64,000 nucleotides of DNA from Protoeuglena noctilucae (lineage: Eukaryota): positions 124,001-188,000 of the forward strand of contig OY253689.1 in NCBI GenBank assembly GCA_958009085.1. The letters run 5' to 3'. Of this stretch, positions 37,769 through 49,775 are shown piece by piece (position 1 is the first letter of the stretch; every line of letters starts with the position of its first letter). Both the position numbers and the translations under genes were made by a program. The notes beneath the pieces were generated by a model. That model was not told the origin of the DNA. It was given only the letters and a program-made list of their open reading frames with translations, and searched no databases.

Positions 37769-39365
37769 ATGAGCACGGCCGGCAAGGAGTGCCTGATCTG
37801 CAGCGAGCCGTTCACCGAGAGCGACGACCATGCGCCGCGCCGGCTGCCGTGCAGGCACATCGCGGGGCACCAATGCGTGGTGACGTGGCTGAGCACCATT
37901 CGCAACCGGGGGACGGCCGCGTTTCCGAGCCTGGTGCACGAGCCGCGCTGCTGGATGCGGTGTGAACCGACAGATGCCATGCGAGCGCTGCGGCCGGCCG
38001 GGGTCCCGGCAGAGCAGCTGACAGCCGAGACGCTGCGGTTGCGAGTGGAGGTGTTTGTGGCGGGGCTTCCGGTGGCGACTCGGCAGGAGGTGACGCGGCG
38101 GGCGGAGGAGTTCGAAGCGAGCGGGCGACTGGCGGGGACGCTGTCTCCGCTGGGGCCGAGGATCGGGCAGGGGAGGTACGGATTGGTGCACGAGGCAACG
38201 TGGACGACAGGGGGGGTCTGCGTCCCAGTAGCCGTCGAGGTGCTGTGGACGGGGGCGTCGGCCGAGGCATTGCGGCGGGCGCGGCGTGAGGCATCTATGG
38301 CAGCCCTGGTGTCGATGGCGTGCCCGGGCGCGGGTGTGTGCCGCGTGCACGGGCATGTGGAACGCGACGAGCAGGTGCTGCTGGTGATGGAGCGGTGCGA
38401 AGAGTCATTGGAGGAACGCGTGCGTGCGCGGGGCCCGCTGCCGGCCGACGAGTTGGAGGGCGCTGCGCGTAGCGTGTGCGCAGCGCTGTGTCAGATGCAC
38501 GAGCGAGGGCTGTTACACTGCGACGTCAAGCCGGCCAACATGCTAGTGCGCGGCGACGGGGGCGGTCGTGCTGGCGGACTTTGGAGCGACCAAGGTGCGG
38601 TGCGCTGCGATGAGCGGGCGCTGCAGCGGGCCCTCCGTGACACAATAATGCGGTTCGCTGGGTGTCGGTGGTTTTCGCAGGGTGCCCAGGCAATGATCAA
38701 CTCGACGCTCGAGCTCACCATGGGCTACGCCCCGACGGAGCAGATGGTGCGCGAGCCGGGGACCATGCCAGGTGCGGCCGAGGGTGCGCGTTGTGGCAAG
38801 TGATCTCCCTTGCGTGGGAGGGGAGGGGCGGACGCAATTCAACGTGGCTTGCACGGTATGCCGTAGACCCCAAGTGGGACGTGCATGCGCTGGGGGTCAG
38901 TCTGGCGCGGCTGGCCGTTGGGGACAGCCTGTTTGCGGGCATCAACCCCATGAGCGTGATCCTGGAAAGGCGGATGAAGCATCGAATCTTGGGCATGCTC
39001 CCGGCCTCCGTCCCAGACCAGATGCAGGAGGCCATCATAGGGGCGGTTGCGGAGCCAGAACAGCGACCGACGGCAGCAGACATGCTGGCGAGGTTGATGG
39101 GTCAAGAGGGGTTGGCAGAACTGGACTTTTGCGCGTGAGGGGCCCTGGGCACTATGGCTCGGTGAGCTCCGTGGCGTTCTCGCCGGACAGGCGGCGGGTG
39201 GCGAGCGGGTCGGAGGACGGGACGGTCAAGATCTGCGACTTAGAGACGGGACAGCTGGTGCGGAGTGTTGACGGGGTTGTCGGCCCCATTGAATCGATCG
39301 CCATCTCGATGGACGGTCGGAGACTGGTATTGGGGGGTTTTGGCTGGGCGTCCAACCCGATCTGA
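37769..39365 (+). pseudogene. Decayed KEG-like RING + protein kinase + WD40 gene
   Basis: CLIC...PCRH RING; IGQGRYG; VAVE instead of VAVK; HCDVKPAN; an extra G at 38558-38562 shifts LADFG out of frame; a second frameshift near 39120-39140 precedes the WD40 GHYGSVSSVAFSPDRRRVASGSEDGTVKICD. Confidence 0.65.
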
Positions 39366-39924
39366 CGAGCCAAGTGGCGTCATTGCTGGCGTTAAGAGGT
39401 AGTCGGTGAGTGTCTTAACGCTGCAAACCCTGGCACATGGCGACTGGTCTTGTCGTGCTTGGCAAATGCGCGAGCAGCCACGTTTACCCTTGCGCAACCG
39501 AGGCCATGCGCACTGCAGCTCTCACTGCTCGTCTGCAGATGGCACGGGTGAGGAGCAGGGGCTTGTAGGGCACGGCAGGACGAAGAGAGGGAGCGGGGAT
39601 GCAGGGCTGCTGAGATGCACGGGCAGAGAGGGATGCGAGAGTGGGGCGTGATGCGTGGCTAGCATTGGAGGCAGGGAAGGCCGACGACCTGTGGCAGCTG
39701 AGGATGCACCCTGGCCATCCTTTGAGTATCCGTCGCGTTTCCATTCATGTGTGGTTGGAATTAAGGATTACGAAAAGACAGTCACGGATTATGCTGGAAA
39801 GGACAAGAGAGATAAACGCTGGGAGGCGCTGCGCCGTGAGGCCTGCTACGACACCCCCGTCCGCAAGTCATGACATGAGACCCACTCTGCGGCCCCCCGA
39901 CGCATGCAACTGCGCTAGGAGAGC

Positions 39925-41295
39925 CTACACGCCGAGCGACTTGGCCCAACTTTCCACCTTCGCCATCACTTCGTCCAGGGTCGGGTAGTGCTCCGGCCAC
40001 CCATCCGGGCCCTCCTCCAGGCACTGATGCAGCACCTCCCGCAGTCCGGCCGGTACACGGTCCAAGTGCATGTGCTCGCGGGCGCGACCCTGGCTGCGCT
40101 CCCACTGCCGGTCCGGCATCGTCATGCTGCCGAAGGGAACGATGCCCGACGCCAGGTGCGCGAGCGTGGCAGCCATGCTGAAGAGGTCCCACCGGGGGTC
40201 TGCGCGCGGGCGGGGCGACCTTGGCGGACGTTGCAGGTTGCTGCAGGGCGCAGCAGTTGCTACAGTGCGCAGCAGCGCGGCTGCTGTGGCTGCACGAGAG
40301 CCCTGCCATGCACCCGCGCACCTGGCCGCATCCCCGGCTTGGCATTGAGCTGCGCATGAGAGGCGTACAGCTCGGTCGCAAAAAATGTGCTGGTGACCGT
40401 CAAGTTGCCGTCCTGGAGTACAGGAAAAGGGAGCGGCCTCGTCACTGTCAGGGCAAGACTGCCAAGAGCGCTGCGTGTGCCGAGCGACCCCAGCCGGCCT
40501 AAGAGTCACCTTCGACCCGCCAAAGTCCGCCAGGACCACGGTGCCGTCCGCACGCAAGAGGCAGTTCGCCGGCTTGATATCGCAGTGCATGACGCTGCAT
40601 CTGTGCAGCTGCCCCAGGCTGGCAAACAGGCCGAGTGCCAACCGCGCCAACTCCCTCTCCGGCAGCCCTCCGCTCCCCACCTCCCGCAGCCGCGCCAGCA
40701 GCGACTTCTGGCACAGCTCCATCACCAGGTAGAAGACATCGCGCAGGAACACCACGCCGTATGTCTTGCACACCAAGTCGCACTGCCGCGACACCCGCGT
40801 CGACAGAGCGCCCTCCTGGAAGGCTCTCCGGTGGTTGGGGTCGATGCGCAGCTCCTTGACGGCCACCGGCAACCGCTGGTCGCCCCACGTCAGAGTGGCC
40901 TCGCGGACCATTGCGGTGCCCTTCCCACTCAGTGCCCGGCCCAGCGGCGACAGCCACTCGTGCGGCAGAAAGACCGGCCTCCGGTCCATCATCCACGCCT
41001 GACGGACCGACACCGCAGGAACCTCCGCACGGAACGCCTCCGCGGCTTGCGCCCCGAGCTCACGCCAAAGGAACACGAGCCGCTCAAGCCGGTGCCCCGA
41101 CCAGCAGCGGGGGCAGTATGGCCCCGCGCCAGACGCTGCAACGGCGTCTATCACTTTGGGATCACCCAGCTCCGCCACCGCCTGTTGAATGACGGCAAAG
41201 ACGCACTTCTCGCAGGCCACGCATTGGCAAGGGAGCTGCCGCCCGCCCAGGGTTTCGTCGTAGGGGCTCTCGCATCGAATGCATGACAACGCCAT
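39925..41295 (-). CDS. KEG-like RING + protein kinase (intact, no C-terminal repeats)
   Basis: CIRC...LPCQCVACEKC...CPRC; VAVKEL; CDLVCKTYG...LVMELC; HCDIKPAN; LADFG. Two introns at the same positions as in the + strand paralog. Confidence 0.8.
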   Translation of the reverse strand: MALSCIRCESPYDETLGGRQLPCQCVACEKCVFAVIQQAVAELGDPKVIDAVAASGAGPYCPRCWSGHRLERLVFLWRELGAQAAEAFRAEVPAVSVRQAWMMDRRPVFLPHEWLSPLGRALSGKGTAMVREATLTWGDQRLPVAVKELRIDPNHRRAFQEGALSTRVSRQCDLVCKTYGVVFLRDVFYLVMELCQKSLLARLREVGSGGLPERELARLALGLFASLGQLHRCSVMHCDIKPANCLLRADGTVVLADFGGSKVTLRPAGVARHTQRSWQSCPDSDEAAPFSCTPGRQLDGHQHIFCDRAVRLSCAAQCQAGDAARCAGAWQGSRAATAAALLRTVATAAPCSNLQRPPRSPRPRADPRWDLFSMAATLAHLASGIVPFGSMTMPDRQWERSQGRAREHMHLDRVPAGLREVLHQCLEEGPDGWPEHYPTLDEVMAKVESWAKSLGV

Positions 41296-41540
41296 CGTTC
41301 CTGCACTTGCATGTGCGGGGAAGGCAAATCCGATGATAAACTCGCCAGTGCGAGGCGCAACGTGCACGGGCGTTTGCTTCCGCACCTGGAGCCCGATTTC
41401 ACAATGCCGCGGGCTCGCGGCGTGTCCGCCGCAGCGGGCATTTCGGCTCTATAGTATGGCGGGGCCACTTGGACGCGGCACGCCTGATAATCGCGGTGAC
41501 TGGCAAGTGTCAGAACTTCAACAGCAGTTTACGATTGTTT

Positions 41541-44385
41541 TCACGTGTCCTTCTTCCCCTCCCACCCGTCAATCTCTCCATCCTCAAGTGAATCGTCGTT
41601 CTCCTCATCCTCATCCTCTACCTCCACCTCGTGCCTGCCCGCCCCGGCCAGCCCCCTCCACCGCACCGGCCCCTCGCCACCCGTGACCCAATCGCGAAGC
41701 TCCACCACGTCCTCCTCCGGGTATTCCCCGCCCTCCTCCCTCGCAACCCCAGCTAGCGCCGCGTCCTGCGCCAGGCCCATCGCTGCGACCAAACCCGAAC
41801 ACTTCTCAGTTCGCCACCAAGTCTTCCCCAATGGCCCCACGACCCGGGACCTCCCTAGCGCCTCACCTGCGCTCATCGCCCGCAGGTCCGACAGCCGCGC
41901 GTCCCAGTCCTCCTCCTGCCCCGCCCACGGCTCGTCGCCCTCCACCGTCTCGTCAAACGTCTCAAAGCCCCCTCGGGTCCCAGGCAACACCTCGTCCTCA
42001 TAAGCCTGAGGCATGCGCTCCACCTCAGGCACCCCCAGGCCGCCCCCGGGCACGTCCATGCGGCCCATGTAGGCGTGGTCATGGAAGGGCAGCGTCTCTG
42101 CCGCACCGCTGCTGCCCTCATCGCGCCCCGACGCACTGCGGCGGGCAGACGGGGCCGGGGACCATGCAGTCGACGGAGCGGGCGAGAATCTTCGCACAAA
42201 CGCCTGCGTCGCGAGCCTCGGTCCCACCTGCTGCGCCCCACTGGGGGCGGCCCGGGTCGGACCCGCCCACTCGGCCCGCCCGATGTCGTGCCGCCCCTTT
42301 GCTGCCCGGCCCCGCCCCTGCGGCCGCCGCCCGCCCCCATGGACTGCATCATGCGCGCGAAGTCCTCCACCCCGATCCCGGACGGCTCGGTCGACGCGCC
42401 CCCGAATGCGCCTCGGTTGTTCATCCACATGTAGACGGCGACCATGATGCCGATCAAGATGAAGGGGTGCGCGACGCCCAGACCGACGCCCCCGCCGCCC
42501 AGCAGCGCCCCGAGAAACGTCGAGCCCCCCTCCACCGCACGGGGCGGCCGATGCGCGGGCGCCATACACGCAAACAGCGCCAGCGTGGAGCCACGCCCGT
42601 CCTCCCCGCGCAGCACCAGCGCCGCCGTCTGCGTCGGTCCGTCCGCGGCGGATCCCGTGACCCACAGGGGCCGCGACTCCGCGTCTCCCGGGATCAGCGA
42701 GTGGGTGGGCGCCGACACCATACGCCGCGCCTGGCCCAGAGAGGTGTCAGTGACGTTGAACGCCTGCACGACGCCGCCACCTGCGGAGTAGCGACCGGTG
42801 GGCCGACGTGAAACGGTGCAGGGGGATGCTGGGGCGCTTGCGACTCCCGACATTTGAAGAGGGTCGTGCTGTGGACGGTCCGCCTGCCACCCGCAACTGT
42901 GCTTCCATTATTACCCCGCAGCCATCCAGCAACAAGTCACCTGCGTCTCCGTCTCCTCCGACCAACAGGTAGTTGCGTAGCGCAGCGACGGCGCCCCCCG
43001 CACCCGCCCCGACCGCTGGAGTCGTCTGCACCACCGAGCAGGCCTTGAAGGCCTTGGTGCCGGCCATGTGCAGCGAAAGCACGGACCCGCTGTCCATGAG
43101 CACGTACGCGCGGTGGGGGTTGAGCGGGTCAAATGCGGACACGACTGCGAGGGGCGGGCGAGACTGAGGCTGGCAAAAGTTGCCGCAGCACGCGGGTAGG
43201 GCTGGTTGCGACTCGAGCGGTGGCTGCGGTGGCTTACCCGGGGACCCCGCGGGGTGGTTGCGGAGGCAGGGCAGCACGGCGGTGCGGAGGGACCGGATGT
43301 CGAGCACACTGACCCCTTCGCTCGTCACGCCCACCATCGTGTTCTCGAACGGGAGCATAGGGCCCGTCAGCGAGGTCCACGAGGGATGCGCGCGGTGCAT
43401 CCCTGCGCTCGTGTCGCGGCCAAAGGCGTCGCGCCCCGCCGCGACCCACGCAGCCACGGTGCCATTGCTGCAAGGCGCCGAGAGAGTAGGGAGACAATAT
43501 CAAGGAATTAGCAGAGCGAGACGTGCACTATAGCGATGCGCGCGGCAGTCAGGGCTCAGGCCTCACCGGAAGGCGGCAAAGATGCGGTACCGGAGGCTCG
43601 AGTTGGAGATGGGGGCGGCCACCAGGGCAGCGACGGGGGAGGCAGAGGGTGCGGGTGCGTCCGCGGGCGGGCGTTCCTTGGACACGGGCGCCGAGAGCTC
43701 TCGGAGGAAGGTGAGGGATGCGGAGACGAGGCTGGGGGGCAAAGCGTGTGCCGGGGTACCGCCATACATCGCCAAGTCGGGGACTGCCAGGTCCAGGGCG
43801 TAGACGGCCACGCGGCCGGACTGGAGGCCGATGATGAGCTCGACGGAGCGGATGGAGGCGTGTTGCGCGAGGGCTGTGATGGGGGCAGGTTTGCCGGGCT
43901 GGGCGTCCGCGCCCAGAGCGACGGTCGCCTCGCCCACGAGCATGCCCTCCGGCGTGAAGAGCATCAAGTTCCCGCATCGCGTGCCAACGGCAACGAGCAT
44001 CGGGGCCATGTTGGCGAGGGTCCAGCGCATGATCAGCTCACTCGTGCCGGGGCGGCGCTTGGGCACGTTCTGGTGCACAAAGTGCACCGCGGTGACCTCG
44101 CAAGGGATCTCAAGTAGCGCTGAGAGGCGAAAGTAATCCGTCCAAACTGGGACATCTCTGCACGGCGCACCAAGAGCGAGGAACCTTCGCGGCGCGGATT
44201 GCAGGTGCGCTCTGCGAGCGTGTAGCGGGATGTGAGGCGCGCGCACACCTGGCAACGGTGTACTTCTGGAAACCCACGCGCTTGTCGGCGCGGACCGATG
44301 CCAGCTCGCCGGCGGCTCCATGAAGGAGCGCCAAGCCCGCTCCGAGGAGCACGGCCAGCGCCGCGCATGCGAGCCTGATCTTCAT
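41541..44385 (-). CDS. Signal-peptide, single-pass membrane protein resembling the plant At1g75140 family (beta-rich lumenal domain, acidic cytosolic tail)
   Basis: N-terminal MKIRLACAALAVLLGAGLALL; WTDYFRLSALLEIPCEVTAV...LVAVGTRCGNLMLF; TM segment PFILIGIMVAVYMWM; acidic C-terminus. Confidence 0.6.
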
Positions 44386-44828
44386 TCGCCCCAGCGGTCA
44401 CTGACGGCGGAGTCGCAGATAGATCAATCGCCCACGAACATGCGCTGAGGGAATCCTGGCGCGTGATGGTGGGGCTCGAGGGCCCCACGGGTAAACACGC
44501 AAGTTCACTACGTTCCTGTGGCAGGTTAGACACGTACATGCAGAAGGCCCGACTGATGGCCCGTGTCACGTCCGAGTGCCGAAGTTCACACGCATCCGTT
44601 CCTGCGCCCGCAACTGTCGCGCTCTGGCGTTCGCGTTTCCGGGTACGGGGCGGGCCCCCCAGGAACGCATCGTGTTGTTTGCCCGCACACAAAGCCTAGG
44701 CACGACAGTGCGGTTGCCGAGCCACACGCAGTCTCCGAATCCCGTTTAGGTCGCCCCCAAACCAACACCCCGCTGGCCGTCGCGACAATCCTGGGCTGTT
44801 CCCACAAGCTCTGTCGAGTTCTAAGACC

Positions 44829-45718
44829 AGTGAGTCTCTGCTGCAATGTGCGTCATCTGACCAGACCGCCTGGGATGGTGCCGGCGCGGGCTTGAATGCG
44901 GGCTCGGTTATTTGGGTGCAGTGGCCGGCGAGGAGCTCCTGGAGAGGCTAGAGGCCTTCTTCTGTGACCCGGAGATCACTTCGTCTATCGGCGAGTTCTT
45001 CGCGGAGAGCCTGCCAGGCGAGCGACGAGCCAGCGGACGCAGCAGCGTTGACACGACGCCGGGCCTCGACGTGGCCGCGCTGCCGTCCTGTCTAAGGCCC
45101 CGAGATAACACCCACACCCCTTGACCTCAGACATCCGTTTCGTCGAGCCGGATGCCGAGCAGCCGATCGAGAACCACGTCTGTTTCCGTCGGTACTGCGG
45201 GATGATGGAGGCCCTGCTGGAGCGCTTCCTGAACGAGCAGGACGTCAGGCGAGCACGCGGACTGTGTATGCAGCGCGTGCCTTGTGCGGAAAGCGTGATG
45301 TGTGTGCATAGCGTCCCTTGTGCAGCATGTATGGAGAGTGTGCAGAGCACGCCACTGTCGCCAACAAAGCCGCTTCCTCTGCTCGCAGCGCCGAGGACCT
45401 TTTCGCGAGCTGCCGACTGGGCAAGGAGTCCGGCAGCGCGGCGTGGGCCACCTGCGTCGACTACCTCCTGGCAGCGGCTGATTATGGCGACTTCATGCAG
45501 CTGGCGTACGACCACCTCTGCCTGCGCAACTACGGTGAGACGCGTGTATGGCTGCTGTGTAATGTAACAGTCACATTGGCAACTGCAGTCAGCGCGGCCT
45601 CATACTACCCACCTCGGCCCTTGCTCGGCCCGCAGAGCCTACGGGGGACATGGGGCTGTGGGGCGAGGAGGCCAGCGCAGTGCAGGCACTTGGGGAGCTG
45701 GGCGTGGCAAACGACTAG
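44829..45718 (+). CDS. BART / ARL2-binding-domain protein
   Basis: LEAFFCDPEITSSIGEFF, EQPIENHVCFRRYCGMMEALLERFL, VDYLLAAADYGDFMQL; start codon apparently split A|TG by intron 44830-44921; TAG at 45716-45718. Confidence 0.8.
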
Positions 45719-45972
45719 ACGCCCGGTAGCTGGCAGAGACGCATCAGGTCGTGTCGCCGCAGCCATGGCAAAACCAGTGCAACAGGCCTTGCGTGTTCCA
45801 TATCGGGCCCTCTTAACTACAACTTCATGTGATTGAAACTCCACGCCTTTTCTTGACACTACATGCGCATCATGACCGCAAGCGACCCTCCTCACTCAAA
45901 GCAACCCCGCCGCCGGCCCTCAGCCCAGCCGACAACCCTACTGCAGCCCACTGCAACCTCACCCCCGCCCCG

Positions 45973-48900
45973 TCACTTGGCCCAGTCCTTCACGCGCCCC
46001 TCCTCCTCCGCCTGCGCGTCCAGCCCCAGCATGTCGTCCTGACTCATGTCGATGCTCAGCGCCAGGTCCAGCACCGCGCGCTGCTCGTCCCCCGTCCAGT
46101 GAAGCGGCTTCTCTTTCAGCTGCGATGAGGGACGAACGCAAAAACGATGGGTCAGAAGCAGCGGATGGAAATGACGCGTGGCAGTACAGTAGATCGGCAG
46201 GGGGTTGTACGGCAGGCGGTGATGGGTGCACAATGGTGCAACCCTTATCACCCCGAAGTCTCCCCACAGCCTGCACCCAACCGTATCACAACCCATCACC
46301 ACTCGCCTCGATCATAATGGCCTCGAGCCCCCGCAGCGTGACCAGCGTGTCCCCCGCGTGCAGCAGCACCGCCGCGGCCGTACGCAGGAGCATGGCACAG
46401 CTGCGCTCCTGCAGGACCACGTCGAGCACGCGTGCAGAGAAGCTCGGGGAGAAGGGGTTGCTGAAGGCGGTGAGGAGCCACTGGGAGGCGTAGAGAACTG
46501 AGGGGATGCCCGCGTCCTCTGCGGGGAGATGAACGGAGGGTTACGGATGGTCACAAAGGGGCGGGGAGGTGCGGTGTCGAGTGGAGGTTGGTGGAAGTTA
46601 GAAGTGATGCTGAGCTGAGGTCGTGTGCAGTGGGGAGTGGAAGTCACGAGTCGTGGTGAGACGTCGCACATGTCCGGCACGCAACACGCACCCCGCCGCT
46701 GCATCACTCGACACCCGCTGTCCCTAAACCCCTCACCCAGGTGCTGGATGACGTGGGGCGCGCGCTTGGCGACGAGGACGTCCATCCTTGCGAGGGTGAG
46801 CTTGAGCTCCTCGAAACCCGGCAGGAACAGCGCCCGCATATTGGCGCCCTTGGCGTCCATGATCTGACACAGGAGGTGGAAGGCGGCCTCCTCAGGCACG
46901 TACATGAGCAGGATGCCCGCACAGAAGGCCATGCCCTGGCAGTAGCCGACCTGGGGGGAGGGAGCGGCGTCGCGGGGCATCGCAAGGCGTGGTAGGGCAT
47001 CGCGAGATGTCGCAAGACGTGGAAATGCATTTGCAAGTCGACAGGCGACATCGTACCAACTCAACTCATGCCTCTCACCTCGAAATCGTGCACCGAGTAG
47101 GCCTTGAGCACGTTGAACAGCGCCTGCCTCCCCGTGGTCGCGGAGAAGTACGGGTGCTCCGGGAAGGTGCGGTGCAAATCCCTCTCAATCGCATCGTCCA
47201 CGTCCTCCAATCCAATGCTGCGAGTGGAGTGTATCAATGAGACTTGCCAATCCATCGGTTGCGGGCTCGGTGGGGCGTGGCGGGACGGCACTCCAAGACA
47301 AACCCACGCGGCGATCGCGACATGCACACTTCCCACGCTCACCTGATCTGCAGCAGCGTGCTGTACGTGCTCCCCTCGCGCGTGCCCTCGGGCGGCGGGA
47401 GCTTCACCCCAGCCATGCGATGCAGCAGCTCGTGGTGGGTCCACATTGGCCGGGGCGCACCCAGCAGACGCCCACCAGCGTCACCCCCCGCCAGCCGCGA
47501 CTTCTCCTGCAAGGCCTGGAGTGCAGGAAACGCCTTCGCGACAGACCCCGTGTCATGGCCCACGACCTCCCAGCCGTCTCCGGAATCGTCCACCCCCGGC
47601 CCTGCACCCACCCCCGCCGCCGCGCGCCCATGTGCCCCTCCGCCCTCCGCCCCGCCCAACAGCACGTTCAGCGCCAGGTCCCCCAGGTCCAAATGAGAGT
47701 CGCTTGTCCGCGGGGGATCCCCCACCGACGCCCCGTCGCTCGTGCTGGCCTCGTCGCCCGGCGTCCGCGCCCCGGTTTCTGGCGTCCTCGCTGTGCCGGA
47801 AATGCCGGCCCCCTTCGCGGGCGTCAGGCCCGTGCCGGCGCCCAACAGCAACTCCATTCTGCGGGTCACGGTAATAATGGCCGCTGTTCAGCGGACAGTA
47901 CACACATCAGCCCACCGCTCGCTCAGCCTATCGCATCCCCCAGCCACGCACCCGAGCTCCCGGGACATGTCTGTCCTCGTTGTCCCCTTCGACGCGAGGC
48001 GCTCCATAGCCTGGCGCATCCCGACCGGCGTCAGCCCCGTCCCAGCCCCATCATCACCCCCAGCCCCCTCGGCCGCCCCCGCCCCATCGCCACCCCCCGA
48101 TCCACCTGCCCCCCCGTCCCTCTGCCACTCCCCAGCCACGTCCAGCAACGTCGGCTCTTTCTGCCACTCCCCCTCCACATCCAAAAGGTTCGCCGGGGAC
48201 CGAGGAGCCCCCCCATCCCCCGCATCCCCAGTCTTTGCTTCACCCGGCCCGGCCGCACCCGGCGCGCCACCCGCGCCGCCCTCGCCACCCGGCTCGGCCG
48301 CGTCCCTCTGCTCCGGCTCCGTGAACACGAGCCGCTCGAAGGCCTTATCTTCTATCAGAGCGAGCCACAAGCGTAAGCGCATCTCTTGCGGGGCGTCCTC
48401 GAATAACTGCGCGGCCACCTGCACATCCACAGGATGCTCCTGCAGGGACAACAACTCAGTGGAATGAATGACGGCGGTGCTCTGAGGTAACTGCCGACCT
48501 GCACGGGGCACTGCAAGCGCATTCGGTGTCATCCCTGTATGGCTGCTCCCTAATCACCTTGCTCTCTTCGATGGCGGCGCGGATGCGCTCCTCCCTCAGG
48601 CGGGCCTGAATGCGAGCCAGGGCGTGGCGCAGAGCCGAGGCTCCCTTGTTGGTCAGGGCCGCTGCCGAGGCCACACCGTCTTGCGCCTGCTTCATGCCAG
48701 TGTGGAGCGTCCTGCGCGCAAGCGAGCGTCACCGGCGTCATCCAGACCGCGCGCGACGCCTGCCGAGAGGGCAGCTCCCGCCTGGCCAGCAGGGGCTCCT
48801 CACTTGGACAGCGCTTGCGCCCCCTTGCGGCGCAAGACGGGGTCCTTCATCATCTCCCCGACGCTCTCGGCGCCGCGACCGATGGCCCCGCCGATCAGCC

Positions 48901-49250
48901 CGGCCGCCCCCCGCAGCCTCTGCGGGTGCGGGGAGGGCTTGGTTTGCCACGCCGCAATGTGGGCCGCCCTGGGCTGTCCCGCAGGCCTGGGCTCGCCAGG
49001 CACCGGGCGACGCGCCGCGCGCATGGGTTCGCACAGACATCTAGTCCCCGTACAGGGGCTCATGGCTGCCGCGCACCATCGCGAGGCCCATGAAGTTGGA
49101 CGTCCGCGCGGCGCGAATGTTGCCCGAGTCGAGCGACGCATCGCTGACGCCCGCGCTGTCCCGCTGCTGCTCCTCCTCATCGTCATTGTCCGCCGTGTCG
49201 GGCTCATACGACTCGGACACTAAGCGATGGTGGCGCCGGCCCCCAAGCAT
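45973..49250 (-). CDS. TBC-domain Rab GTPase-activating protein (EVI5/GYP5-like)
   Basis: IERDLHRTFP (Arg finger), LFNVLKAYS, VGYCQGM (Gln finger), LYASQWLLTAF; long disordered insertion after RLRLWLAL. Start approximate. Confidence 0.9.
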
Positions 49251-49775
49251 GGCCCCGTAACAGCACAGCTAGGCGCAGAGAGCGACGGGTCTGGGACGAG
49301 GCCCGGGACGAAAATCACTTCCAGACGCGAATCGACGTAACCTGCGATGGGTCCGCGCCCCGGTTTCCCCTCCCATCCGCGGGATTGCGCGGGGAAGGGG
49401 GCAGGGAAACGAAACGAGCTCGGCGGGCGCTCGCGGGCTGAAATGGCGAGACACGTCAATGCCAGCCACGTTTTAGTCAGTGACGTCGAGCGAACGCGGC
49501 CAAACCGCTCATCGCACGGCGACGAGGGTTTTGGGCGGTCATACCAAAAGGCAGTTGATTTCAGCGGGCCTCAAGTCCCATCCCAGCCTATCACCCGCTA
49601 TTCCCTATGTCTCGGGAGCGCTGTCGCGAGTTCTATCGCTGACCATATCAGTATTTTTGCATAAATAAACTTGTTCCTCTCCGCCCTGCAAAGTTGGCCC
49701 CTCCCATAGCAGTGTTGTAGCAAAAGCGCTATTCCTTGGCCGACTGCGGCCATGGAGCGCGGCAAGTAAGCCATC

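Noticed and set aside
46722..46731. CCCTAAACCC telomere-like motif
   Set aside because: A single 10-mer in a C-rich intron of the TBC gene; chance level.
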